Positions 32,727-42,775 of a stretch of 64,000 bases of DNA are shown one piece after another; the first letter of the stretch is position 1; the number at the start of each line of letters is the position of its first letter. Source of the stretch: an uncultured delta proteobacterium. GTDB taxonomy: Bacteria; Desulfobacterota; RBG-13-43-22. A model generated the notes under the pieces. The model worked only from the letters and a program-made list of their open reading frames with translations, was not told the origin of the DNA and did not search any database. The DNA lies in assembly GCA_963838485.1 (NCBI GenBank), contig CAWIRY010000106.1, positions 8,255 through 72,254 of the forward strand, written 5' to 3'. The translations under genes and the position numbers were made by a program.

Positions 32727-33605
32727 ATGCTTACCATAGGCGAAAACCTAAACGTCATCAACAAAGGGATCGGCCGGGCCTTTAAAGAAAAAGATCCCAA
32801 GCCTATTAGAGAAATGGCCGAGAAATTGGCTGCCGCCAAGGTGGATTTTATCGATATCAACCTGGGGCCGGCCAGAAAAAACGGGGAAGAACTGATGCCC
32901 TGGGTAATTCAGACCGTTCAGGAAGTCACCGATATCCCCCTGGCCCTGGACACTTCCAACATCGGGGCCATCGAGGCCGGGCTCAAGGTGCATAAGGGAA
33001 AGGCCATCATCAACTCCATCATGGCCCGTGCAGAACGGTACACGGTTATGCTGCCCATCTGTAAACAATACGACGCCATGATGATCGCCCTTCTCTGGGG
33101 ACCGGAAGGCCTGCCCCGGGATGAAAACGAACGGGCGTCCTTGGCCGTCGAGCTTTTGTATGCGGCCAACGAGGCCGGGATCCCCAATGAAGACATCTTT
33201 GTGGACCCGATCATCACCCCGGTCAACATCCAGCAGCAGCAATTGATGAGTACCCTGACCTTTATGAGCATGCTCCAGGACATCGCCCCGGGGGCCAAGT
33301 CCACCTGCGGCCTGTCCAACGTTTCTAACGGGCCCCCTGATCATCTGCGGCCTATCCTCAATCAGACCTACATGATCATGCTGGAACGGAACGGCATGTA
33401 TTCCTGCATCGTTGACGGCTTTGATGAAAAGATCCTGCAAATCGCCCGGGGCGAGCGGCCGGACATCGTCGAGATCGTCCACAAGGTTATGGACGGGGCG
33501 ACCATCGAAATGGGCAGTCTGTCCAAAGAGATGGTGGATTACGTCAAAACGGCCAAGGTCATCCTGGGCCAGACCCTATTTTCCGATTCCTGGCTGGAAA
33601 TCTGA
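32727..33605 (+). CDS. acsE: Methyltetrahydrofolate:corrinoid iron-sulfur protein methyltransferase (AcsE, pterin-binding family)
   Basis: 292 aa with the pterin-binding (DHPS-like) TIM-barrel pattern, at the end of the acs operon. Confidence 0.85.
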   Translation: MLTIGENLNVINKGIGRAFKEKDPKPIREMAEKLAAAKVDFIDINLGPARKNGEELMPWVIQTVQEVTDIPLALDTSNIGAIEAGLKVHKGKAIINSIMARAERYTVMLPICKQYDAMMIALLWGPEGLPRDENERASLAVELLYAANEAGIPNEDIFVDPIITPVNIQQQQLMSTLTFMSMLQDIAPGAKSTCGLSNVSNGPPDHLRPILNQTYMIMLERNGMYSCIVDGFDEKILQIARGERPDIVEIVHKVMDGATIEMGSLSKEMVDYVKTAKVILGQTLFSDSWLEI

Positions 33606-33633
33606 TCATTAAGTAAAGACCTTTTTAAATTGG

Positions 33634-33672
33634 GCGGCCATTTTCTTTTTTGAAAATGGCCGTTTTTATTTG
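33634..33672 (+). terminator. Rho-independent terminator of the acs operon
   Basis: ggccattttc-ttttttg-gaaaatggcc hairpin followed by gtttttattt. Confidence 0.7.
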
Positions 33673-33806
33673 GTGCCGAAGAAAACGCCGATCCCTTTAG
33701 TAGTCAGCATAAACTCATATACCTATCCGATTAGTTTCCTACCCCTTTCCAGCCCCGTGCAATAGGCCTGAATCACGAAAGGGTTATCAAAAAAGGGATA
33801 ACTCCT

Positions 33807-34046
33807 TTGGGATTGACTTTAACTGTTTGTTATGGTTTAAATTGTTCATCCTTTGGGAATTTAAATAAAGCCGTAAAACGCAATCTGGATCGATTTCCAA
33901 AGGATTTTATGTTCCAATTAACCCAGGAAGAATATAAGTCTCTAAGATTCCAATTTGGAATCTTAAAGAAAGGGCGACACGCGAAATATCTACCCTACGC
34001 TTTCACCGAGCAAGGGGTGGCCATGAAAGGCCATTCTGCTAAATAG
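33807..34046 (+). pseudogene. Truncated ORF6N-domain gene remnant
   Basis: Matches the ORF6N core ...[28 protein letters not shown]....[13 protein letters not shown] but lacks the N-terminal 30 aa and the C-terminal region. Only a TTG start is available. Sits at the left edge of the RM/IS island. Confidence 0.5.
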
Positions 34047-34179
34047 TCTTCAAACCGGAAGCCTCTAACCGACGGAGTGTTCCATGAAACAGTCCGACAT
34101 GACCCCATTTTCTCAAAAAGAAGATGGGAGTATGGGTTCTATTGCATGTTACAGATAACGGATTAAGGAGACATTAAAT

Positions 34180-35801
34180 ATGGCCAAAGCGAGTGGCATC
34201 AGAAAAAACAACGGGGCTAATGTGGGCTATGAGGCCGAACTTTGGCAGATGGCCGATGCTTTGCGGGGCAGTATGGATGCTGCCGAGTACAAGCATGTTG
34301 TCCTCGGGCTCATCTTCCTCAAGTATATTTCGGATGCCTTTGAAGAACAGCACGCCAAACTGGAAGCGGAGAAGTCACAGGGGGCCGATCCAGAGGACCC
34401 GGACGAGTACCGGGCAGTGAGTATCTTCTGGGTGCCTCCCGAGGCGCGCTGGGCACACCTAAAGGCCCAGGCAAAGCAAGCAACTATTGGCCAGCTTGTT
34501 GATGACTGCCATGTCGGGCATCGAGCGGGACAATCCCCAGCTTAAAAGTGTGCTGCCCAAAGAATACGCCCGTCCCGCTCTCGACAAGCAGCGCCTCGGT
34601 CAGCTCATCGACCTGGTGAGCAACATCAAAGTCGGTGATAAAGAAAGCCGCTCCAAGGATGTGCTGGGCCGGATCTATGAGTACTTCCTCTCCCAGTTTG
34701 CCAGCGCCGAAGGCAAGAAGGGTGGCGAGTTTTACACGCCCCGCTGTGTGGTCAAGCTTTTGGTGGAGATGCTCGAACCCTACAAGGGCCGGGTGTATGA
34801 CCCCTGCTGCGGGTCCTCGGGCATGTTTGTTCAGTCGATTGAGTTCATTCGCGCCCACCGGAGCGGAAACGGCAACGGCGGCAAGGCCAAAGGGGATATC
34901 AGCATCTACGGACAGGAATCGAATTATACCACCTGGCGACTGGCCAAGATGAACCTGGCAATCCGCGGCATTGAGGGCCAGATCGCCCACGGCGACACCT
35001 TCCACAATGACCGCCATCCCGACCTCAAGGCCGACTATATCCTGGCCAATCCTCCCTTTAATGTCAGCGATTGGCGCGGCGAGTTGCTGCGTAACGACAA
35101 GCGTTGGCAGTACGGGGCGCCGCCGGCCGGTAACGCCAACTTTGCCTGGGTGCAGCATATGATCTATCACCTCGCGCCCACTGGTATTGCCGGCTTCGTG
35201 TTGGCCAATGGGTCCATGTCTTCCAATCAATCCGGTGAGGGGGAGATCCGTAAGAACATCATCGAGGCCAACCTGGTGGATTGCATGGTAGCCCTGCCGG
35301 GCCAGCTCTTCTACTCGACCCAGATTCCCGCCTGCCTGTGGTTTCTGGCGCGCGATCGAAAGGAACGGAAAATTTCGCGACCGTCGCAACCAGATACTTT
35401 TCATCGATACCCGCAAGCTCGGCCGCATGGTGGACCGAACCCACCGCGAGCTGACCGATCAAGACATCTCCCACATCGCCGCCACCTATCACGCCTGGCG
35501 TGGCAAGCCCAATTCCCCTTCCCCCTCGACGGGGGAAGGTTGGGATGGGGGTGAATATCAGGACATCCCAGGCTTCTGCAAAAGCGCCACACTCGATGAG
35601 ATCAGGAAACACGGTCATGTGCTTACGCCAGGCCGATACGTAGGTGCGGCGGCAGTTGAAGATGATGGGGAGCCTTTTCAGGAGAAGATGGCCAAACTCA
35701 CGACCACTCTGGGAGAACAATTTGCCGAGTCGGCCCGCTTGGAAAGGGAAATCAGGAAAAATCTCGACCTCCTTGGATTTAAATTCCGGAGTGAGAGATG
35801 A
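34180..35801 (+). pseudogene. hsdM: Type I restriction-modification DNA methyltransferase HsdM, interrupted by two +1-nt frameshifts
   Basis: Strong HsdM similarity across three frames: 34180-34545 ([32 protein letters not shown]), 34487-35554 (includes the NPPF motif ANPPFNV), and 35427-35801. The first shift is at gatgac-t-gccatg (near 34505). The second is an extra g in gatcgaaagg-aacgga (near 35358). Confidence 0.8.
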
Positions 35802-35880
35802 AAGACAGAGCGAAATGGGAGTCACTGACTCCCGAATTGGGCACCCTGGTGCCCGAAATCAAATCTCCGAGAGAGAGATT

Positions 35881-36267
35881 GAGATGAAGGATTATTTGAA
35901 TTTTCATAGAATATACCCTCAGATTGTGGGGACAGCGTCCGCACAATTGCACTCCTTGCTTCCTAATGATTTTATGGGCGAATCCCAAAAAGTGCCAACA
36001 ACGTTGGCAAGATTAGCCCTACCGCCCCAAAGGCTTATCAACAGTTTTTCCTATAGCTGGTATGAAAAGAACGTGATGACTGCTGGCGACAATCCCCCGG
36101 TGGGGATCCTGCTTTGTACTCAAAAGGACCATGCCTTGGTCGAATATGCCTTGGCCGGAATTTCCAACCGCCTCTTCATTTCCAAATATCAGCTTAATTT
36201 ACCGAAAAAAGAGGAAATGCAACGGTTCATTGAGAAACAGATAAAGGTAGTAAGGGATGAAATTTAA
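35881..36267 (+). pseudogene. Fragment of a DUF1016 (YhcG-like PD-(D/E)xK nuclease) gene; C-terminal domain only
   Basis: ...DNPPVGILLCTQKDHALVEYALAGISNRLFISKYQLNLPKKEEMQRFIEKQ matches the DUF1016 C-terminus. The product would be about 129 aa against the 340 aa typical of this family. Confidence 0.5.
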
Positions 36268-36336
36268 TATTTGCCAAAAGAAATGGCAGCGATGGCTGGT
36301 AATGTAGTCCTGGAAAACTTGGAGGGGTTGGGTTAT

Positions 36337-36466
36337 GGGTGGTGAGTGGATTGAAACCACCATTGGCGCTCAGATCACGCTTCAGCGTGGAATCGACATT
36401 ACAAAGGCTGAGCAGCGGAAAGGGGTGGTTCCGGTGATTTCTTCAGGCGGGGTATCAAGCTATATA
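36337..36466 (+). pseudogene. hsdS: 5' portion of the Type I RM specificity subunit HsdS, upstream of the IS630 insertion
   Basis: MGGEWIETTIGAQITLQRGIDITKAEQRKGVVPVISSGGVSSY is a typical HsdS target-recognition-domain N-terminus. The reading frame runs directly into the IS inverted repeat. Confidence 0.7.
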
Positions 36467-37605
36467 GCCTTGCATAAATAACGCTACATAATTATTGAAA
36501 CGGATTAAGATATCCAAGGATTTGTGATGAATTTTTTTGCATACTACGAAAAGCAAAAACCAGGGAGTCTTCTAAATCCTCGACCGTTGTAAAATATCTA
36601 TTGTGAGTGGCGTTAACTCGGGTATGATGCCACAAACGTTCAACGGCATTATAGTCGGGTGAGTAAGGAGGTAAATTAGACACCTGAATATATTTTCGAT
36701 GAGCCGAAAACCAGTCCCATACTTGGGAATCCTTATGATAGGAAGCATTGTCCTGAATCAAATACATTTTTTGAGGGAAATATCTTTTCATCAATTGTTC
36801 CAAATAGTCCAAATAAGTTAAGGCATTGAACACTGGGGCACGGTGGTAAAGAAACCGGGCAGAGTAAACTTCAACCGAGCCAAAATACTTAAGGGTCTTC
36901 CGTTGTCCAGTAGTTGGTATAAGGGGTTGACACCCTGTTCGCGCCCAGGTTTGATAAAGAGTAGGGTCTTGACGAAAGCTGGCCTCATCTTCATAAATTA
37001 AGACAGACCCTTCTGCTTGGGCTTTTTTTTAATGTTTGGATAGGTATACCGGACCCAACGAGATTGTTTCTCCTGATCGGCACGGGCCAATATCTTTCGA
37101 GGCCTTTGAACAGAAAATCCCAACTCGTGGAGGATTTTTGAAACGTGGGCGGGATGGTAAGCAACGGAAAACTCATCTTCAATAACCCTGGCCACCATTG
37201 GACTGGTCCAAATACCGGTATTGAATCCATAGGCGATGGGTCCACTGTCCAGAATATCCTCCAACTTTTGGATCTGATATTTCGTGATCGAACAAGGTCT
37301 CCCTGGACGGTAGCCTTCCAAAACGCCTTGAAGTCCTCCCTCGGTTTCCCAATTTCGCAACCAGTGCGAAACATTAGAACGATGGACTTTAAGGATATCG
37401 GCAATCTGAGGAGCTTTATACCCTTCCAGGTTAAGAAGAATAGCATGCAATCGACGAGAGACTCGAAAGGACCGATCTTCAACGGCTTCCTTGTACAATT
37501 GAAATATTTTTTGATAATGCCTCTTGTCACTTTTGAGTTGTTTCGCTTTCATGGCATCTCACCTCCGATGCCATATTATAACATGTAGCGTTATTTATGC
37601 AAGGC
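36467..37605 (-). mobile_element. IS630-family insertion sequence (1139 bp) inserted in hsdS
   Basis: Perfect 23-bp terminal inverted repeats: gccttgcataaataacgctacat at 36467-36489 and atgtagcgttatttatgcaaggc at 37583-37605. Both flanks are TATATA (TA-type target). OrfA 36998-37552 (HTH) ends in AUUAAAAAAAAGCC. A -1 shift at this A7G site fuses it to the DDE region, whose translation reads ...IYEDEASFRQDPTL..TWAR..QP..., continuing into ORF 36492-36833 (DNASYHK...LPPYSPDYNAVE). Confidence 0.85.
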
Positions 37606-38107
37606 TATATATCACGATACTGCAGCATCATTGAGGCCGGGGGTGGTGTTAGGACGCAAGGGAGTTGTTGGTAGCGTTTACTATATTCCATCAGACTACT
37701 GGCCGCACGACACGACGCTTTGGGTTAAGGACTTTCATGGAAACGATCCGAGGTTTGTCTACTATTTTTTTCGGTGGTTGGCTCCACGTCTTGCAACCAT
37801 GGATGTCGGTTCGGCAAACCCAACACTGAATAGGAATCATGTACATCCGATGGAAATACGATGGCCTCGTCAACTTGACGAACAACGCGCCATTGCCCAT
37901 ATCCTCGGTACGATAGACGACAAGATCGAGTTGAACCGGCGGATGAACGAGACGCTGGAGGCCATGGCCCGCGCCCTTTTCAAGTCCTGGTTCATTGACT
38001 TTGACCCCGTCCGCGCCAAGTCTGAAGGCCGAGACCCCGGCTTTCCTAAAGAAATTGCCGAACTTTTTCCTGATCATTTTTGTGCACGCTACCTATTTAT
38101 GAGCTAA
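37606..38107 (+). pseudogene. hsdS: hsdS continuation (central conserved region), truncated at the composite IS boundary
   Basis: ...ANPTLNRNHVHPMEIRWPRQLDEQRAIAHILGTIDDKIELNRRMNETLEAMARALFKSWFIDFDP is the HsdS central conserved region. No second target-recognition domain follows. Confidence 0.7.
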
Positions 38108-39213
38108 AAAAGGGGTAAAATTGGGTGACACTTTTGGTTGATATGAACCTTGATATACCCCTTAGATCGGAGCCAAGATTCCACCGCGATCCTCCAAGCT
38201 GATTCTCTGACAGCCTGTCCGGATTGACTCATTGCCGAGAGGATCCTCTCGACCCTTTCCATCACCCAATCATAGATTTCCCTCCTTTTCCGCTTCGTAA
38301 AAGCCGGCCTATTGCCAGATTCAAAGAACGCCTGGCAGGATGTCTTCCCGTTCAGACAAGACCGGATCTGATGGTTCAGATCGTTGACCGCAGCCTCCGC
38401 ATACGCCGTGATATGCCCCCCGGGATCGAGTAGGCCCTGCATAAGCTTCTTGCCTAAGCAACTCTTTACCTCTCGTTGCGACTCCTCGATCGCTCCATTA
38501 TACGGTGCGTAATACTCAGGATTGTTCAAAGGCAGAACAAAGGATTCAGCTAACACATCGTTAATGGCGCTGTGGTTCATATTTCCCCCGTTATCCCGCT
38601 TCAATACCAGAGGGGCGCCATACCGATCAAACTGCTCGCTCAGATACCCGGCGACCCCTTCTCCTACCGGATACCCTCCGGCCATTGGCAAAAACTTGTA
38701 CCGTGAACCCAGATCCTGAGTATTGTGCAAATAGATTTTACGAGCCAGGCCCAGGTCATATTCCGTGAAGTCCATGGCCCACACTACCCCTGGCGTTAGC
38801 CATTCGATCCGCCGCATCTGCTTCCGACGATCCGCCTCCAGGTCTTGCCTCACCCGCTCCACCATCCACCCCAACTCCCGCCGTGACACACTGAGACAGT
38901 ATCGTCGGTATAAGTCTGTCGTTCCCGCGCTCCGTTTCACCCCATGATCTAACAATTGAATCTCTGTGTCAAGAACCGAAGGATCAAACGGTTGCACCTT
39001 CTTTGGACCCGGACGATTGAGTAAAACAACGTTTCCCCGAATCCGGCAGCGCCATCGGTTAAAACTCGCCAAGGGGATCTGAAGCGTCTTACAGATCACC
39101 CCATAAGGTATCCCTGCCCGTCCCTTCATACTCTCAATAATCTCCACAATCCTTCTTATAACCTCTTGCCGATCGATCGGTTTTTTTTGTGTCCCTGTCA
39201 CGAAACGTGTCAA
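38104..39213 (-). CDS. DDE (rve/integrase-core type) transposase catalytic protein
   Basis: D, D and E residues in WAMDFTE, LKRDNGGNM and PYNGAIEESQ. 369 aa. Confidence 0.6.
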   Translation of the reverse strand: MTRFVTGTQKKPIDRQEVIRRIVEIIESMKGRAGIPYGVICKTLQIPLASFNRWRCRIRGNVVLLNRPGPKKVQPFDPSVLDTEIQLLDHGVKRSAGTTDLYRRYCLSVSRRELGWMVERVRQDLEADRRKQMRRIEWLTPGVVWAMDFTEYDLGLARKIYLHNTQDLGSRYKFLPMAGGYPVGEGVAGYLSEQFDRYGAPLVLKRDNGGNMNHSAINDVLAESFVLPLNNPEYYAPYNGAIEESQREVKSCLGKKLMQGLLDPGGHITAYAEAAVNDLNHQIRSCLNGKTSCQAFFESGNRPAFTKRKRREIYDWVMERVERILSAMSQSGQAVRESAWRIAVESWLRSKGYIKVHINQKCHPILPLF

Positions 39214-39541
39214 AGTCTGCCAGCAGATCCTTGATCTCGATGGTCTTCTCAGTCAGATCCAGTTTCTTCTCTAACTCCTGGATCCGCTCCCGCAGGGCCT
39301 CCTTCTCTTTGTCCACAGGTACAGGCGGTCTTCCCGCAGGATGATTCTCCAAGGCCAGGGCCATGGCTTTTAGCGACTTCTCCTCCCACTCGTAATAGGT
39401 CTTGCGCGACACCCCCAGCAGCTTCGCCCCCTCCTTGGCCGTTAAGGCTCCACTGCGCACCTGGAGAATCACTAGCGCTCGCTCCCGTGCAAGCTTTTTG
39501 TCCTTCTCTATCAAAGCCCTCTCGTGCCGCCTTTCCTTCAT
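39134..39541 (-). CDS. HTH transposase accessory protein (OrfA-like), partner of the downstream DDE protein
   Basis: HTH segment LTAKEGAKLLGVSRKTYYEWEE. The 3' end overlaps the DDE ORF at an A8 tract. Confidence 0.5.
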   Translation of the reverse strand: MKERRHERALIEKDKKLARERALVILQVRSGALTAKEGAKLLGVSRKTYYEWEEKSLKAMALALENHPAGRPPVPVDKEKEALRERIQELEKKLDLTEKTIEIKDLLADFDTFRDRDTKKTDRSARGYKKDCGDY

Positions 39542-39562
39542 ATGGAATCTCCCTGAAGACCA

Positions 39563-39955
39563 TCAGACCTTCTTCTCGGCTGCAACTTCCCGCGTCCCCC
39601 CTGGCTTGGCCACCGGGCTCCCTTGCAGTTTGACTAAACGCCGTTCCAACCCCTTTATCGCCCCTCCCTTGATCTTCCGCTCCAACAATACCGCAAGACG
39701 CGGGTTCAACGCCACCCCTTTCTCCACCGGGACCCGAGACTGCAGCGCCAAGAGCATCCCCTCCATTGCCCGGTCCTGCCACTGGTTCAATATACTCCAG
39801 GTGATTCCCAACTCCCGGCAAACCTCCCCGGGTTGCCGTCTCTCCGTCCACACCGCTAACACCGCTCGGCATTTCTGCTCCGCCGGATGGCCCAACCTCC
39901 CTTTCTTCTCTTCCGTTCCCGGCTTCTCCACCTTCGGCTTTTCTATCTTGTCCAT
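39563..39955 (-). CDS. Second HTH (OrfA-like) protein, embedded out of frame in the long 524-aa readthrough ORF
   Basis: CRELGITWSILNQWQDRAMEGMLLAL HTH with the same layout as the neighbouring OrfA-like protein. Likely start MDKIEKPK. Confidence 0.4.
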   Translation of the reverse strand: MDKIEKPKVEKPGTEEKKGRLGHPAEQKCRAVLAVWTERRQPGEVCRELGITWSILNQWQDRAMEGMLLALQSRVPVEKGVALNPRLAVLLERKIKGGAIKGLERRLVKLQGSPVAKPGGTREVAAEKKV

Positions 39956-40049
39956 CGGTCTCCTCCCTTTCAATCGTCTCCATAGAATCTCTCTTTTCTC
40001 CTCCGGCGGTGACCTCGTAGACCATCTCCTGCTTCCCACCGCCTTCCTC

Positions 40050-41158
40050 ATCGTCCACCATCAAACGCAACTTTCCTTTCTCCGCCCGTAGCACTACCGA
40101 CTGCCCTTCCATCCGTCCCACCATGTAAAATGGTTCTCGCGGTTTCCCTCGCAACGCCATCTCCAGAACATTCTCCGCAATCCCTTGCTCCATCGTCTTC
40201 CTTAACTCCGTCTGAATCTCAAAATACCGATCCGCAGGGCATAACCCCCCAATCCCTTGATGGGGCCGCTTGTGGTTATAATACCGTATCCATTGACGCA
40301 TCCTCTCTCTGGCCTCCTCGAAACTTCCAAACTGCGCCCGGACCAGAAACTCCTCATAGACCGTCTTCCAAAACCGCTCTATCTTCCCCAGCGTCATCGG
40401 ATGGTGCGCCTGTGATTTAATGTGCTTCACTCGGTCCTTCCCTAACTCCCGTTCAAACCGGGTCGTTCCCCGCCAGTTCGTATATTGCCGCCCCCGGTCC
40501 GTCAGCATCTCCTTCGGGACCCCGTACTCCCCAATCGCCCGACGATACACCTCTAACACCTGATCCGCCGTCTGGCTCCGGTATAACTCCAAACCCACCA
40601 TATACCGCGAGTAATCGTCGATAAACCCAATCAAATAGGCATACCGGCCCCCCAGACGAAAGGTAAAGATATCCGACTGCCACAATTGATTCGGTGTTGA
40701 CCGTTCAAAAAACCGAGGACGGGTGATGTTGTGCTGGCGTTTCTTCTTGGAAGGAACAATCAATGATTCTGCCCGCAGCGTCCGACGGACCGTTTCCGGG
40801 CTGGCGCTGAGGAAGAAACGCACGCTTTAAAAGATGGGAAATCCGTTTGACACCAAAAAAGGGCTTCTCGCTTCTTGATCTCGACAATCTTCTCACGTAT
40901 GGGTCCGGGAAGCTTCCCTCGACTCCCCCCCGGGACAACCCCTTTCCGTAACCCCGCTTCTCCCCGTTCCTCATACGCCTTCACCCAACGACGAATAACG
41001 TCTTGACTGCATCCTACCTCCTTACTCAACAGAGAAACCGGGATCCCTTCTTCCAACATCAACTTCACACAACGAAGCTTGAACTCCAACCCATACCGCT
41101 TCCCATACCGGCTTTCTTTCCCTTTACTCTTCTTCTTAACTTCTTTTACATCTTCCAT
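40050..41158 (-). pseudogene. IS481-family transposase (HTH plus rve DDE), interrupted by at least two frameshifts
   Basis: The N-terminal HTH runs across three frames: IREKIVEIKKREA, then EKPFFGVKRISHLLKRAF, then SPETVRRTLRAESLIV. The DDE core LWQSDIFTF..YLIGFIDDYSRYM..MLTDRGRQYTN..HPMTLGKIERFWKTV..YNHKRPHQGIGGLCPADRY is IS481-like. The start codon is embedded in a hairpin gacactcct...aggagtgtc (41162-41190). Confidence 0.7.
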
Positions 41159-41233
41159 GATGACACTCCTTTCTCCCTCTCAGGAGTGTCACCCATTTTA
41201 CCCTTGTTCTTTATCTCATGATCTGGTAGTTAG

Positions 41234-41624
41234 CACAAGAATCGGGCTATCGAGGCCGCTCAGGTGATTGAGGAGTTGATCGGCCTGGCCAGGCAAATGC
41301 GGGAGGCCAACGCCCGAGGTGAGGCCATGGGGCTGAGCGAAGACGAGGTGGCTTTTTACGACGCCTTGGAAACCAACGACAGCGCCGTGAAGGTGCTGGG
41401 TGACCAAGTGCTGCAGGCTATCGCCCGGGAGCTGGTAAAAACAAACAGTACGGGCCAACGTCACCATCGATTGGACCGTCCGGGAGAATGTACGCGCCCA
41501 ATTACGGGTCCTGGTAAAACGCATCCTCCGCAAATACGGCTACCCCCCTGACAAACAGGAAAAAGCAACCCAGACAGTCCTGGAGCAGGCAGAGGTGCTT
41601 TCAGAAGAATGGGTACAGGCGTGA
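41234..41624 (+). pseudogene. hsdR: 3' fragment of the Type I restriction enzyme R subunit HsdR (last about 130 codons), with an AACA duplication frameshift
   Basis: Reads [66 protein letters not shown]. After a frame change at aaaacaaacag (41437-41448) it continues [58 protein letters not shown]. This matches HsdR C-termini. Confidence 0.75.
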
Positions 41625-41733
41625 AGATGGATTTATTCAGGATTCTTTTTAAGCGAAAAATAGAAATGGGGTCGGACCGGACGAACGGGATAAATTCTAA
41701 AAACAAGGACTTTTGCTAGAAGATATTAGAAAA

Positions 41734-41874
41734 ATGGATTCCAATAAAGTTGATCTGTTATTAAAATATATTCTCACAGCGGCGGGACAGGAAGATTATG
41801 GGAATCGGGAAGTGGGGCCTATCCATTTGATCAAGTACGTTTATTCGGCGGATTTGGCTCAGAAGGATGTCTGA
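41734..41874 (+). pseudogene. Short ORF (46 aa) resembling a Panacea/DUF4065 antitoxin-domain N-terminus; very tentative
   Basis: HLIKYVYSADLAQ is reminiscent of the DUF4065 LQKLLYFAD motif. Ends after 46 codons. Confidence 0.15.
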
Positions 41875-41929
41875 AGCTCGCAAGGAAAAAATTGTCAAAG
41901 AGAAATTGAACAAAGGAGCCGACTGATTC

Positions 41930-42163
41930 GTGTTTAACACAAAGGGAGTTAGGAGAAAGCCGAATTTATACATCATTGCCGGTCCGAATGGATCGGGGAA
42001 GACCACCTTTGTAAAACGGTTTTTGCCTTTACTTGACTCTTGGATGCTGTTCGATAATTCCGGCGATCTACCGATGGTTATTGCCAAAGAGACAGATGGA
42101 GTCAAAACAATTCTTGATGAAACCCTGTTTGCAGAAATAACGAGGAAGTTGGAGGTATTATGA
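41930..42163 (+). CDS. Short P-loop NTPase (zeta-toxin/AAA-like Walker A), possibly truncated
   Basis: Walker A motif IIAGPNGSGKTTF. Only 77 aa. The stop overlaps the start of the next ORF (ATGA). Confidence 0.35.
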   Translation: MFNTKGVRRKPNLYIIAGPNGSGKTTFVKRFLPLLDSWMLFDNSGDLPMVIAKETDGVKTILDETLFAEITRKLEVL

Positions 42164-42444
42164 AGCGTCCTTCCAGTCGAAAGCAGTTGTTAGAAAAAAT
42201 GCCCCTGGATATCAAGGCGGAGCTGGCATTGAGAGAGGCGGTTGCCGGAGCCATTGCCGAGCATAAACTGAGAGGCCGACCCATCATAATTTGGAGGGAT
42301 GGAGAGGTGGTTTCTATACCGCCGGAGGAGATAGCCATTACTTCAGCAAAAGGTGTTCAACCCGATCGGCAGAGATCCGAACAACTCTACATAAAAGAAA
42401 AAAATCAACCATACGGCAAAATAAAAAGACAGCCGAAGCAATAA
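42160..42444 (+). CDS. Hypothetical 94-aa protein translationally coupled to the P-loop ORF
   Basis: 4-nt overlap with the upstream ORF. No family recognised. Confidence 0.3.
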   Translation: MKRPSSRKQLLEKMPLDIKAELALREAVAGAIAEHKLRGRPIIIWRDGEVVSIPPEEIAITSAKGVQPDRQRSEQLYIKEKNQPYGKIKRQPKQ

Positions 42445-42775
42445 GACGGCAGCTTCTTTGGTCCTGAATCACGACAACCGGAACATGAAGAACTTTAAAG
42501 AAAAAATTCAGGCCAAGCTGGCAGAAAAGAAATTACAAAAGCAGCAAATCACATTGTCAAAGCCGCCCCGCTATGATGATGTTTTTTTTGAAGGAGTGAA
42601 GTGGCTGGACAGCCTGGCAGTTCCCAAAGGCTGTGGAGATAACAAAGGTAGAAACGCCGGGAAAAATTCTTGATTACTTGTTGGCATAGGTATAATTTTG
42701 CTCAAATCTGATATAGTTGGGGCAGGATATTAAGCTGAGAAGGGTATATTGATCATCCAACCAGGAAGGAAGAAC

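Larger units (their letters stand above)
38112..41203 (-). mobile_element. Composite or nested IS block of 3.1 kb bounded by inverted repeats
   Basis: Terminal inverted repeats ggggtaaaattgggtgacact (38112-38132) and agtgtcacccattttaccc (41185-41203). Genes inside: DDE protein 38104-39213, HTH protein 39134-39541 (80-nt overlap containing an A8 run), a second HTH protein about 39563-39955, and a multiply frameshifted IS481-family transposase about 40050-41158. The block lies between the truncated hsdS and an hsdR 3' fragment. Confidence 0.7.

Noticed and set aside
39249-40050. C-terminal 260 aa of the 524-aa ORF (Gly/Glu/Arg-rich)
   Set aside because: After the IS481 DDE core ends at about 40.05 kb the frame stays open only by chance. 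It overlaps, out of frame, a bona fide HTH gene (about 39563-39955) on the same strand, so it was treated as spurious read-through.
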